A stretch of 64,000 bases of DNA from Patescibacteria group bacterium (GCA_041665365.1 JBAYIY010000008.1:6396-70395), one strand, 5' to 3'. Numbered from the stretch's first letter, positions 9,904-19,371 are shown. Translations and numbers: made by a program. The notes: a model not told the origin generated them from the letters alone.

Positions 9904-11073
9904 ATGGCCTCAACTCAAGCAGACAAACAACCAGACAATAGTTTAATGGCGCAGTTATTAGACGGTAAAATCGCCGTTGTATTGCCCAATGAAGGTGACA
10001 CGGTCGATGGTATCGTGCTCAGTACCGCTAAAAATGAAGTTTGTATAGACATCAATGGTTTGGTGGTCGGTGTTGTACGCGGCCCTGAATTATTCGATGA
10101 ATCTGGAGATTTTTCAAATTTACAAGTCGGCACACAAGTGACCGCGACGGTTTTGGAAATGGAAAATGAGAATGGTGATGTGGAATTATCATTTCGTCAT
10201 GCCGGTCACAAAAAAGCTTGGGAAAAATTACAGGCGTTGTTGGGCACTAATGAAGTGGTCGATGCCGTTATTGTTGATGCCAATAAAGGTGGCTTGTTAG
10301 TGCGGGTTGGTCGAGTAGCTGGGTTCTTACCAGTGTCTCAATTATCGGTTGAACATTATCCCCGTGTAGAAGGTGGTAATAAAGCCAAAATTCTGGAACG
10401 CTTACAGACATACGTTAATGATCATTTTCGTGTGAAAGTGATTGATGTTGATGAAAATGATGAAAAGTTGATTGTGTCAGAAAAGATGGCTAAAGCTGAG
10501 CAACAGCAAGAAAAAATCTCCCAATATAAAGTGGGTGATAGTGTCACTGGTAAAATTACTGGTGTGGTCGATTTCGGCGCCTTTGTAGAATTTGGTGATA
10601 ATTTAGAAGGTCTGGTACATATTTCTGAAATTGCCTGGCAGCGCATTGATAATCCGAAAGAGTACGTTAAGGTGGGCGATACTGTTTCGGCTCAAATTAT
10701 TGCGATCGATAATGGTAAGATTTCACTCAGTATTCGTAATTTAATTAAAGATCCATGGCTGGATGTAGTACAACGCTATAAGATTGGCGATGTCGTGAAA
10801 GGTAAGGTACTGAAATTAAATCCGTTTGGTGCCTTTATCGAATTAGATTCAGACATTCATGGTTTGGCCCACATCTCAGAATTATCCTACCGCAAATTAA
10901 ACTCTCCAGCTGAGGTAGTGAATATTAATGACGTGTACGATTTCAAAATCATCTCGGTTGAGCCAGGTAAACATCGTCTCGGTTTATCGTATAAATCTTT
11001 GCACGAAAAAAAACCAGTTGACGAAGACAAGTCAGATAAGATAGACAAACCAGATCAAATAGTTAAAGAATAA
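9904..11073 (+). CDS. rpsA: 30S ribosomal protein S1 (four S1 domains)
   Basis: NKGGLLV, GFLPVSQL, DFGAFVE..EGLVHISE, DPW, FGAFIEL..GLAHISE. Confidence 0.92.
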   Translation: MASTQADKQPDNSLMAQLLDGKIAVVLPNEGDTVDGIVLSTAKNEVCIDINGLVVGVVRGPELFDESGDFSNLQVGTQVTATVLEMENENGDVELSFRHAGHKKAWEKLQALLGTNEVVDAVIVDANKGGLLVRVGRVAGFLPVSQLSVEHYPRVEGGNKAKILERLQTYVNDHFRVKVIDVDENDEKLIVSEKMAKAEQQQEKISQYKVGDSVTGKITGVVDFGAFVEFGDNLEGLVHISEIAWQRIDNPKEYVKVGDTVSAQIIAIDNGKISLSIRNLIKDPWLDVVQRYKIGDVVKGKVLKLNPFGAFIELDSDIHGLAHISELSYRKLNSPAEVVNINDVYDFKIISVEPGKHRLGLSYKSLHEKKPVDEDKSDKIDKPDQIVKE

Positions 11074-11078
11074 TATAT

Positions 11079-12923
11079 ATGCCAGCTTTGCCACACCCAG
11101 CACGTGGGCCCCAACTGTTTCGTCAGTTCATCATTGTTGTATTGGTCGTAGTTGTGATTGGTAGTATCTTCAGTTTAATCAATCAGCCCAATGATAAAAC
11201 TGAAAGTATCTCACTTAGTACTTTAGTAGAACAAGTAAAAGTTGGTGCCGTAAAGAAAATTGAAGTGAAAGGTGACCAAACTTTAGTAGCCACGCTGCAA
11301 GATGATACGACTGTCACAACCGATAAGGAAGCCACGCAACCATTAACAGAATTATTACAACAATCCGGTGTTACGGCCGAACAATTAAAAAATGTTGAGA
11401 TTAAAATCAGCACTGACAGTAGTTTGATGTACTGGGTGTCAATCTTGGCACCGGGTTTGATTAGTTTGTTAATTGTTGGATTATTACTCTGGTTTATGTT
11501 TCGCCAAGTGCAGGGGGTAAATAATCGCGCCATGATGTTTGGGCGAGTGACGGAACCCGATCAAAAAAATGAAAAAAAACATCAAGTTAGATTCAAAGAT
11601 GTAGCTGGTGGATCTGAGGCCAAAGAAGAATTAACCGAAGTGGTTGATTTCTTAAAACATCCGCAGAAATATAGTAAGTTGGGTGCTAAGGTACCAAAAG
11701 GCGTGTTGTTGGTGGGTGCTCCAGGCACAGGTAAAACCTTGTTGGCGCGCGCTGTCGCCGGCGAAGCTAACGTGCCGTTTTATCACATTTCTGGTTCTGA
11801 ATTTGTGGAAATGTTCGTTGGGGTGGGTGCTTCACGCGTGCGTGATTTGTTTAAACGTGCCAAGCAAACGGCGCCCTCAATTGTATTTGTTGATGAAATT
11901 GATGCAGTTGGTCGACAACGTGGCACTGGTTTAGGTGGTTCACATGATGAGCGCGAACAGACTTTAAACCAGATCTTAGTCGAGATGGATGGTTTTGATA
12001 ATGACACTAAAGTGATTGTCATTGCCGCTACCAATCGTCCTGATGTGTTAGATCCAGCTTTACTGCGCCCGGGTCGGTTTGATCGTCATGTCACACTGGA
12101 TTTGCCGGATATTAAAGATCGTAATGCCATTTTAGATGTGCATGCGAAAAATAAGCCGATGGCGGAAGATGTGAAGTTAGAAGTGATTGCGCAGCGTACC
12201 CCAGGTTTTTCTGGAGCTGATTTAGCTAATGTCTTAAATGAAGCAGCTATACTGGCGGCACGTCTTGATAAAAAAACCGTGTCGATGGCTAACTGTATTG
12301 AAGCGATTGAAAAAGTCATGCTTGGGCCTGAACGCAAATCATCAGTGATGGATGAGCATGAGAAGAAAATCACGGCTTATCATGAAGCTGGCCATGCGAT
12401 TGTGGCACATTTTTCTGAAGCAGCTGATCCGGTGCATAAAGTGTCGATCATTTCTCGTGGTCGAGCCGGTGGTTATACTTTAAAATTACCGGAGCGTGAT
12501 AAACATCTGCATAACAAAGCAGAATTTATCGCAGATTTAGCAGTGATGTTAGGTGGGCGAGTAGCTGAAGAAGAGTTCTTTGGTGAAATTACTACCGGAG
12601 CCAGTTCTGATCTGGAAAAAGCCACATCTTTAGCACGACAATTAGCCACTCGTTATGGTATGAGCCCAGATTTAGGCCCACGCACCTTTGGTCGAAAGGA
12701 AGACATGGTGTTCTTAGGTCGTGATTTTAATGAACGTCCCGATTATTCCGAAGAAACTGCTCGTCAAATTGATAACGCCGTTAATAAGTTTATTACCCAA
12801 GCGCACAAAGACGCGCAAACCTTGATTCGAGCCCATAAAGACAAGATCGAACAAGTGGTGGTTGTGCTCATAGACAAAGAGACATTGGAAAGAGATGCGT
12901 TTGAGGCTATAATGAAGGCATGA
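11079..12923 (+). CDS. ftsH: ATP-dependent zinc metalloprotease FtsH
   Basis: Two TM segments, [22 protein letters not shown]. Confidence 0.98.
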   Translation: MPALPHPARGPQLFRQFIIVVLVVVVIGSIFSLINQPNDKTESISLSTLVEQVKVGAVKKIEVKGDQTLVATLQDDTTVTTDKEATQPLTELLQQSGVTAEQLKNVEIKISTDSSLMYWVSILAPGLISLLIVGLLLWFMFRQVQGVNNRAMMFGRVTEPDQKNEKKHQVRFKDVAGGSEAKEELTEVVDFLKHPQKYSKLGAKVPKGVLLVGAPGTGKTLLARAVAGEANVPFYHISGSEFVEMFVGVGASRVRDLFKRAKQTAPSIVFVDEIDAVGRQRGTGLGGSHDEREQTLNQILVEMDGFDNDTKVIVIAATNRPDVLDPALLRPGRFDRHVTLDLPDIKDRNAILDVHAKNKPMAEDVKLEVIAQRTPGFSGADLANVLNEAAILAARLDKKTVSMANCIEAIEKVMLGPERKSSVMDEHEKKITAYHEAGHAIVAHFSEAADPVHKVSIISRGRAGGYTLKLPERDKHLHNKAEFIADLAVMLGGRVAEEEFFGEITTGASSDLEKATSLARQLATRYGMSPDLGPRTFGRKEDMVFLGRDFNERPDYSEETARQIDNAVNKFITQAHKDAQTLIRAHKDKIEQVVVVLIDKETLERDAFEAIMKA

Positions 12924-13813
12924 AATTATATCAAGATATTCTTCGCTCAGCCTGGCGTCATACTATTCAACGCCCAGGTCTGTGGGTGTTTGGTTTTTTC
13001 GCTACTTTTATTTTCGGTGCCTCCGGCGAAATTGATCGCTATTTGCGCTTCATGGATAACGAATCAGCCGGCTTCACAGGTTGGTTGAATGTAATAGTTA
13101 GCACCAGTCAGGCTTTAGCACTTGGTAGTATAAATCTTTGGTTGTTAGTAATTGGTATTGGTGTGGCCGGATTGATTTTGATTTACATGATGAGTGTTTC
13201 GGCCGGAGCATTAATTCACAGCGCTAAATGGAAAACAGAATCTTTCACTGAAGCCTTCCTGGCTGGGCAAAAACATGTGGTGCAATTGGCAGTATTATTT
13301 GTTTCTTCAATAATGTTTCTATCTATCTTAACTGTCGTCATGGCTAGTGTTGTTTCACAACATGGCATGGAAGTAGTGGTCTTGGTGTCTGTGGTTGGCG
13401 TTATACCAGTTGTGATCATAGCATCGTTTTTAGTACGCCTGACTGCCATGGTGGTAGTGTTAGATAATGTTCATATTGGCCAAGCCTTTATTCGAGCCAG
13501 TAGAATTTTTGCAGCGCACTGGTTAGTTATATTAGAAATGTCGATTGTGTCTTTCGTGGTAGTGTTTGTGGTAAATCTGTTACTGTTATTAGGATTAGTT
13601 ATTATGTGTTTACCTATGTTAGTGACAATAACCATGGCAGGTTTATTGTCACTGGTGTTTTATGGACAATATGTTTATCTTGGTTTAAGCTTGTTTTCGG
13701 CGGCTATTATATCTACTTGGCAGTGGTCAGCCTGGACATATTTGTTTGGAGCACTACAAACTCGTCAACCAAAGAGCACCTTGGTTGGCTGGATTAGTGG
13801 CGCTAGACAATAA
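12920..13813 (+). CDS. Hypothetical polytopic membrane protein
   Basis: About 6 hydrophobic segments; TATAAT 6 nt before the ATG. Confidence 0.75.
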   Translation: MKLYQDILRSAWRHTIQRPGLWVFGFFATFIFGASGEIDRYLRFMDNESAGFTGWLNVIVSTSQALALGSINLWLLVIGIGVAGLILIYMMSVSAGALIHSAKWKTESFTEAFLAGQKHVVQLAVLFVSSIMFLSILTVVMASVVSQHGMEVVVLVSVVGVIPVVIIASFLVRLTAMVVVLDNVHIGQAFIRASRIFAAHWLVILEMSIVSFVVVFVVNLLLLLGLVIMCLPMLVTITMAGLLSLVFYGQYVYLGLSLFSAAIISTWQWSAWTYLFGALQTRQPKSTLVGWISGARQ

Positions 13814-13831
13814 AGCCATAATTATAATTTT

Positions 13832-13905
13832 GGGCGTGTAGCTCAGTCGGTAAGAGCACAGACCTTATAAGTCTGGGGTCGATGGTTCAAGTCCATCCAC
13901 GCCCA
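13832..13905 (+). tRNA. tRNA-Ile (anticodon UAU)
   Basis: Acceptor GGGCGTG/CACGCCC; anticodon arm CAGAC-CTTATAA-GTCTG; T loop GTTCAAGTC; discriminator A. Confidence 0.92.
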
Positions 13906-13974
13906 CCTTCGTCCACCACAGCCTTCGGCGACGGTGGACTTCGGTGGGCAAGCCCACCATAGTCTGTCGGTAAA
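13906..13974 (+). repeat. Post-tRNA hairpin element, copy 1
   Basis: Nested hairpin followed by CTTCGGTGGGCAAGCCCACCATAGTCTGTCGGTAAA (13939-13974), 34/36 identical to 14573-14608. Confidence 0.8.
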
Positions 13975-14005
13975 AAAACATCCTCACTCGCGTGAAGATG
14001 TTTTT
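13972..14005. terminator. Intrinsic terminator, possibly bidirectional
   Basis: AAAAAAACATCCTCAC-TCGC-GTGAAGATGTTTTT. Confidence 0.65.
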
Positions 14006-14092
14006 ATAATCATTCTGCGCCGCTCTCCTTTACCAGACATAGTATCTGTTAAGTAAAGGAGATTCGCGGCGCAAAATGGGGAGGAGCTGAGA

Positions 14093-14293
14093 TCAATTTG
14101 ACCCCTGCTTCTTCTCATTCCGTCGCCAATCAATGAACTTCTGGAGATTCTGCTGCATCTCCAGGGAGGTCACCCCGCTGTGCGGCGGGGTGACGGTCAC
14201 GCTCTCGTCGTCGTCGCTGTCGATGACGACCTCAAACCTCCAACCGTCCGGGGTGCAATACAGCACCCCGTCAGTGGTTTCAAACTTTGACAT
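14093..14293 (-). CDS. Small hypothetical protein (66 aa), GC-rich
   Basis: ATG 14293 preceded by GGAGG; MSKFETTDGVLYCTPDGWRFEVV...; about 59% GC by hand count over 14101-14280. Confidence 0.6.
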   Translation of the reverse strand: MSKFETTDGVLYCTPDGWRFEVVIDSDDDESVTVTPPHSGVTSLEMQQNLQKFIDWRRNEKKQGSN

Positions 14294-14347
14294 TAACCCT
14301 CCAAAGTGGAAGTTAACCGTAGCAGCAAACGAGTGTTTGTCAAGCCA

Positions 14348-14442
14348 TTTGTAGGTATGAATACCTACAAACAATCAAGAAGAGACGAGAATCAATCCCA
14401 GTAGAGACGTGCCGGCGGCACGTCTCTACTGGGATTGATTCT
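14348..14442. repeat. Two adjacent GTAG...CTAC palindromes
   Basis: TTTGTAGGTAT-GA-ATACCTACAAA (14348-14371) and AGAATCAATCCCA-GTAGAGACGTGCC-GGC-GGCACGTCTCTAC-TGGGATTGATTCT (14388-14442). Confidence 0.8.
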
Positions 14443-14481
14443 ATTGAATTTTTTCCATAACCTGGTAGAATCCTCACACAC

Positions 14482-14555
14482 GGGCATATAGCTCAGTTGG
14501 TTAGAGCGTCACATTGACATTGTGAAGGTCTCAGGTTCGAATCCCGATATGCCCA
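14482..14555 (+). tRNA. tRNA-Val (GAC)
   Basis: Acceptor GGGCATA/TATGCCC; anticodon arm TCACA-TTGACAT-TGTGA. Confidence 0.94.
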
Positions 14556-14634
14556 CCTACGCCCGCTGCGGGCTTCGGTGGGTAAACCCACCATAGTCTG
14601 TCGGTAAATTTGAGACGGCGGTGGGTTTACCCAC
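14556..14634 (+). repeat. Post-tRNA hairpin element, copy 2, plus an inverted partial third copy
   Basis: CCTAC-GCCCGCTGCGGGC-TTCGGTGGGTAAACCCACCATAGTCTGTCGGTAAA; GGTGGGTTTACCCAC at 14620-14634. Confidence 0.8.
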
Positions 14635-14673
14635 ACTAGATGACTTACTTTTTATAATGATATAAATGCAGTC

Positions 14674-15600
14674 ATGAATATATTCTCAATCATAATCATC
14701 GTAGCGGGGTTAGTACTATTTGAAGTTATTAGTAGCATTGATAATGCGATTATTAATGCTGAGGTGTTGTCCACGATGGGACAACGAGCCAGACGGTGGT
14801 TTTTGGTATGGGGATTATTTATTGCTGTATTTGTGGTTAGAGGTATATTACCATTTTTAATTGTCTGGGTAACAAATAGTGAACTTGGTCCGAAAGGGGC
14901 TTTATTAGCCACGTTTAGTAGTGATCCGCGAGTGATCGAAGCGATTGAAAAATCGGCGCCAATATTGTTGATTGGTGGTGGAACATTTTTAGTATTTTTG
15001 TTTTTTCATTGGTTGTTTTTAGAAACCAAAAATTATGGTTTAGTAGGAGAAAAATTTTTTACAGCCCAAGGTGTGTGGTTTTATGCAGTAGTGTCTTTGC
15101 TTTTAACTGGCATTGTCTATGCAGCCTTGCAAGTGGATTCAAATCTGGCCTTTGGTGCCGTCGTTGGTTCAACGGCTTTTTTTATTACCCATGGTTTCAA
15201 ACAAAATGCCGAGGCAAGTGAACAAAAGCTTTTACAAAAAGGTAATATGTCTGACATTAGTAAAATATTATACTTAGAAATAATTGATGCGACATTTTCG
15301 ATCGATGGTGTGTTAGGCGCTTTTGCCTTTACTTTAGCCGTGCCATTAATCTTATTAGGTAATGGGATAGGTGCCTTAGTAGTTCGGCAGGTGACAATTG
15401 GTAATATTGAACGTATAAAAAAATATGTTTACCTAAAAAATGGTGCGATGTACTCCATTCTGTGTTTAGGTGTGATTATGTGGTGCGATGCATTTGGCAT
15501 TGAGATACCAAGTTGGGTATCACCTGTAATAACCTTTATGGTCGTGGGATACTTCTTTTTGAAATCTCGGCGAGCAACCGCAGCAGCATCCAACCATTAA
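14674..15600 (+). CDS. DUF475 / TerC-like membrane protein
   Basis: FEVISSIDNAIINA, YLEIIDATFSIDGVLGAFA, YVYLKNGAMYSI. Confidence 0.85.
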   Translation: MNIFSIIIIVAGLVLFEVISSIDNAIINAEVLSTMGQRARRWFLVWGLFIAVFVVRGILPFLIVWVTNSELGPKGALLATFSSDPRVIEAIEKSAPILLIGGGTFLVFLFFHWLFLETKNYGLVGEKFFTAQGVWFYAVVSLLLTGIVYAALQVDSNLAFGAVVGSTAFFITHGFKQNAEASEQKLLQKGNMSDISKILYLEIIDATFSIDGVLGAFAFTLAVPLILLGNGIGALVVRQVTIGNIERIKKYVYLKNGAMYSILCLGVIMWCDAFGIEIPSWVSPVITFMVVGYFFLKSRRATAAASNH

Positions 15601-16993
15601 GTAGAGCCATGTAAATAGTAAATCCGGCCACAACTGGATATAACCAATTGATGTTGGTGGTTATTTCTATAATAATTGCAGTTAACACAATATCTTTCGA
15701 TCGGACAACAAACCGAATCGGCTGTCCAATTTTATTTAGGGTGACTATTAACCAGATCATAACAATATATAACACCAGATAGAGTGCTCCAACCCAATTA
15801 TTAATCCAATCTAACGCCATGGCCGAAAACATCACCACGATCAGCGCAAATTGATGCAAAATAATTTTAATAATAGCACCGGCTTCTGTTTCAACATTTT
15901 GATAACGGGCCAGTGGAGTAGTTAAGCCATTACATAATAAGTAGGCTAAAAAACAAGCCACACCCCATGGTTCTTTGATGAATATCCAAAAGCCACTAAA
16001 TACAATAAAAATAACACTAATTATATTAAGCAAATGGGGTGTTACTTCAAAATAAGTTAAAAAATTTAAGATTGGTTTCAACCAGTGATAGCGCCAGCTA
16101 TTTAATTCCAGTACAGTTTCTTTTTCCGATTCACTATAATAGTTGGTAAACAGATCATCATTTTGATAGATCCGACCTTCATATAACCGTAAAGCTTTGA
16201 TTAAGGCTTCACGACTAATGGTGTAGACATGATAAAAGGCTAGCCAGGGATGATGTCTATGAGGTTGAGTGACAAAGCTAGTAGCAGTATTGGTACTGAT
16301 ATTTTTCCAGACAGCCAGTCGGTCAGTGAGAGGAGCCGGTGCCACTTCAAGGCCACTGCCGATTTGACTGGTCACATGAGCATCTGAACCACCAGTATAA
16401 AGAGTCACTTCTGGGTATTGATAATATTCTTCAGGCAAGGTGTGCACTTTAGCCATTTGCGCGGCGGCCGTTCCAAAAAAAGTTGACATGTGTGCCAATT
16501 TCATAAAGGCAAGTGATCCTTTAAAACAAGCATTGGCAATCTCAGCCCCACCCAACAAGCGAATGGCTTTAATTGTGATAGATTTTCCGACTTGTCTTTC
16601 ACTACCAGAGTGGCCAAACAACGCCGGATGAGCCACACTGGCTACCAGGTCGGGTTGTTGTTTAATATATTGAATCATCTCCAATAAAGATAATTGTTTT
16701 GGCACCATTAGTTTTTGGTGTCGGTAGATTCGTTCATCTTGTGCAAACACAATCAAGTCAATTCCTTCACTAGTAAGAGCTTCAATGCCTGGAAAAATTA
16801 CAGTTGCTGCATCAGGTGGTCTAGCTGCGAGCAATAATTCATAAGCCCGGGGCGGATTTTTAAAAACGTGTTCAGTCACTACCACCACATCCATATGTTG
16901 GTTGGTAAACTCTTGCCAAATGCTTAAACACTTACGCTTGGCTAAGAAATTGTATTTTGACAGGTTAGGGTGAAAATGATAGTCTACGAGCAT
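15536..16993 (-). CDS. PHP-family phosphoesterase fused to a degenerate CDP-alcohol phosphotransferase-like membrane domain
   Basis: N-terminal DYHFH, VTEH, GIE, AHP, GGSDAH; C-terminal TM domain with VTPHLL and NGLTTPLAR-x8-G. Confidence 0.7.
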   Translation of the reverse strand: MLVDYHFHPNLSKYNFLAKRKCLSIWQEFTNQHMDVVVVTEHVFKNPPRAYELLLAARPPDAATVIFPGIEALTSEGIDLIVFAQDERIYRHQKLMVPKQLSLLEMIQYIKQQPDLVASVAHPALFGHSGSERQVGKSITIKAIRLLGGAEIANACFKGSLAFMKLAHMSTFFGTAAAQMAKVHTLPEEYYQYPEVTLYTGGSDAHVTSQIGSGLEVAPAPLTDRLAVWKNISTNTATSFVTQPHRHHPWLAFYHVYTISREALIKALRLYEGRIYQNDDLFTNYYSESEKETVLELNSWRYHWLKPILNFLTYFEVTPHLLNIISVIFIVFSGFWIFIKEPWGVACFLAYLLCNGLTTPLARYQNVETEAGAIIKIILHQFALIVVMFSAMALDWINNWVGALYLVLYIVMIWLIVTLNKIGQPIRFVVRSKDIVLTAIIIEITTNINWLYPVVAGFTIYMALLNGWMLLRLLAEISKRSIPRP

Positions 16994-17032
16994 AATTTAA
17001 GCTACTTTAGCAAGTTTACTAAGAAACTGACA

Positions 17033-17758
17033 ATGGCTAAGAAAAAACCCAATCATCACGATCAGAGTCATAATGCAAAAATCCGCGGTGAAATTATTCA
17101 TCCCCATGATGTTAGTAAACATGGTGGCACGGTATCGTGGCGCGTTTTTAGAGTCATGTCTGAGTTGGTGAATGGATATGAATTTTTATCAGGTTTGGAA
17201 AAAGAAATCACTATTTTTGGATCTGCCCGTACTAAACCAGGTGATCGCTATTATGACGAAGCCTTAAAGTTAGGAAAAATGTTAGCCAATGAAAAATATG
17301 TCACCATTACCGGAGGTGGTCCCGGTGTGATGGAAGCAGCTAATCGTGGTGCCTTTGAAGCCGGAGGTGAATCTTTAGGTTTGAATATTCAATTACCACA
17401 CGAGCAGCGCGTTAATAAATATGTGAAAAAAAGTTTGGGTTTTTATTTTTTCTTTACTAGAAAAGTCATGTTAACCTCACCATCGCAGGCTTTTGTGGTA
17501 TTTCCTGGTGGTTTTGGTACACTAGATGAATTTTTTGAGGTAATTACTTTAATTCAAACCGGTAAAATGCCGCGTGTGCCAATAATTTTAATGGGCAAAG
17601 AATATTGGGGAGCGTTAGATCAGTTTATTAAACAGGAAGTCATGCTGCATCATCAAGCTATTGAGGAGAAAGATCTAGCATTATACAATATTGTAGATTC
17701 GGCTGATGAAGCCATGCGTATCATTCGTAAAACTAAAGAAGGTGACTATCTTAGCTGA
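17033..17758 (+). CDS. LOG family nucleotide phosphoribohydrolase (TIGR00730-like)
   Basis: IFGSAR, TGGGPGVMEAANRGA, RKVML, PGGFGTLDE; likely start ATG 17033. Confidence 0.92.
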   Translation: MAKKKPNHHDQSHNAKIRGEIIHPHDVSKHGGTVSWRVFRVMSELVNGYEFLSGLEKEITIFGSARTKPGDRYYDEALKLGKMLANEKYVTITGGGPGVMEAANRGAFEAGGESLGLNIQLPHEQRVNKYVKKSLGFYFFFTRKVMLTSPSQAFVVFPGGFGTLDEFFEVITLIQTGKMPRVPIILMGKEYWGALDQFIKQEVMLHHQAIEEKDLALYNIVDSADEAMRIIRKTKEGDYLS

Positions 17759-18425
17759 AACGCCAGACTATATTGTTGTCGACAAACCCACTGGTCTGGT
17801 AGTACATCAAGCTAGCCAACATCCAGAACCAGATACCCTCGTGAACGAGTTGTTATTGCGTTATCCGGAAATCGCTACAGTCGGCGATGATTTAACTCGG
17901 CCTGGGATTGTGCAACGCTTAGATCAAGGTGTGTCTGGGGTAATGGTCGTAGCACGTACACAGGACATGTTTGAACATCTCAAACAACAATTCTCCCAAC
18001 ATTTAGTAAAAAAACATTATACTGCTTTAGTCCATGGTACGATGGGGCAACCGGAAGGTGAAATCAATTTTGCTATAGCGCGCTCGAGCAAAGATTACAC
18101 CAAAATGGCAGCGCGACCAGATGATACCGGGAAGACAGCCATTACTCGGTACAATGTTATTAGACAATATCCTAAGTATGCTTTATTAGATGTTGAAATT
18201 TTAACCGGTCGAACCCATCAAATTCGGGTGCACCTTAACGCCATTAATCATCCATTGGTTGGAGAAGCCATTTATAAGCCGAAGAACCTGAAATCGAGAT
18301 TGCAACCCGGCCGACCATTTTTACACTCTACTAGCCTAGGTTTTTACCTACCAAATGGTAGTTTGGTTGGGTATACTGCACCTTTACCTGAGCCACTTCA
18401 GGCGATTCTTGACGGTTTACATTGA
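17742..18425 (+). CDS. RluA/RluD family pseudouridine synthase (no S4 domain)
   Basis: VDKPTGLVVH, IVQRLDQGVSG, TGRTHQIRVH; GTG start inferred. Confidence 0.9.
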   Translation: MTILAETPDYIVVDKPTGLVVHQASQHPEPDTLVNELLLRYPEIATVGDDLTRPGIVQRLDQGVSGVMVVARTQDMFEHLKQQFSQHLVKKHYTALVHGTMGQPEGEINFAIARSSKDYTKMAARPDDTGKTAITRYNVIRQYPKYALLDVEILTGRTHQIRVHLNAINHPLVGEAIYKPKNLKSRLQPGRPFLHSTSLGFYLPNGSLVGYTAPLPEPLQAILDGLH

Positions 18426-18446
18426 GTTAGCTATGATAGCCGAACT

Positions 18447-18755
18447 ATGAATACATTTCCAGAACTTAAAGCTGGCTACACTGTCCGTTTACACCTGCGC
18501 ATTAGTGAGGGTAAAAAGGATCGTACCCAGATCTACGAAGGTATGATTACCAGTATCAAAGGTAAAACTCCCGATACCCGCATGATTACCGTACGAAAAG
18601 AGGCCAAAGGTTATGGTGTTGAGAAGATTATCCCATTAGCATTACCAACGCTTGAGAAAATTGAGATAGTGAAAACCGCCAAAGTGCGCAAGGCTCGTTT
18701 ATACTATGTTAAAAATTATACCAAGCGTTTGAAGGAAAAAATGGTCAAGCAATAA
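18447..18755 (+). CDS. rplS: 50S ribosomal protein L19
   Basis: GYTVRLH..EGKKDRTQIYEG, TVRK, GVEK, KVRKARLYY. Confidence 0.95.
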   Translation: MNTFPELKAGYTVRLHLRISEGKKDRTQIYEGMITSIKGKTPDTRMITVRKEAKGYGVEKIIPLALPTLEKIEIVKTAKVRKARLYYVKNYTKRLKEKMVKQ

Positions 18756-18772
18756 GTGTTTGACGTTTTTTG

Positions 18773-18856
18773 GCCGAGGTGGCGAAATTGGTAGACGCAC
18801 TCCCTTGAGGTGGGAACGGGCGTAAGCCCATAGGAGTTCGACTCTCCTCCTCGGCA
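18773..18856 (+). tRNA. tRNA-Leu (GAG)
   Basis: Acceptor GCCGAGG/CCTCGGC; anticodon loop TTGAGGT; long variable arm GGGCGTAAGCCC. Confidence 0.92.
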
Positions 18857-18964
18857 CCCGATGCATTTGTTCGAAGACTCACAACTGCCCGGGCAAGCTC
18901 GCTTAAAATATAATCATTTATCTTACCGGGTTTACCCGTGCGGTTGCGCCGCGCAAACGCCTCG

Positions 18965-19038
18965 GGACGATTAGCTCAGTTGGTTAGAGCATCTCATTTA
19001 CACTGAGAGGGTCGCAGGTTCGAATCCCGCATCGTCCA
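18965..19038 (+). tRNA. tRNA-Val (UAC)
   Basis: Acceptor GGACGAT/ATCGTCC; anticodon arm TCTCA-TTTACAC-TGAGA. Confidence 0.93.
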
Positions 19039-19041
19039 CGT

Positions 19042-19278
19042 ATGTTAACACGCTTTTTAGTTGGTATAGGAATGATTATGGCCGGAGCGTTTTTGATTAT
19101 CAAAACTGAATTGATGGTCAGTTGGTTTGGGCGCATTGGTTGGGCCGAAGAAAAGCTGGGTGCCGAAGGTGGGACGCGGATATTTTATAAAATTATCGGC
19201 ATGGTCTTGATTGTCTTGGCATTCATGATAATGTCTGGTAAGATAATCGGCGTCTTAGATTTTGTTTTCAAACGCTAA
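19042..19278 (+). CDS. Small two-TM hypothetical protein
   Basis: 78-aa ORF with FGRIGWAEEKLG..GGTR between two TM helices; starts 3 nt after tRNA-Val. Confidence 0.75.
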   Translation: MLTRFLVGIGMIMAGAFLIIKTELMVSWFGRIGWAEEKLGAEGGTRIFYKIIGMVLIVLAFMIMSGKIIGVLDFVFKR

Positions 19279-19298
19279 GTATAGCCAGTAAACGCCCC

Positions 19299-19371
19299 GG
19301 GCCCTTAGCTCATTTGGTAGAGCGCCGCATTTGCACTGCGGAGGTGGAGAGTTCGAGCCTCTCAGGGTCCA
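19299..19371 (+). tRNA. tRNA-Ala (UGC)
   Basis: Acceptor GGGCCCT/AGGGTCC with G3:U70; anticodon arm CCGCA-TTTGCAC-TGCGG. Confidence 0.94.

Noticed and set aside
13939-14608. Two 36-bp palindromic direct repeats as a CRISPR array
   Set aside because: Only two copies about 600 bp apart, with a tRNA between them, and no cas genes in the window.
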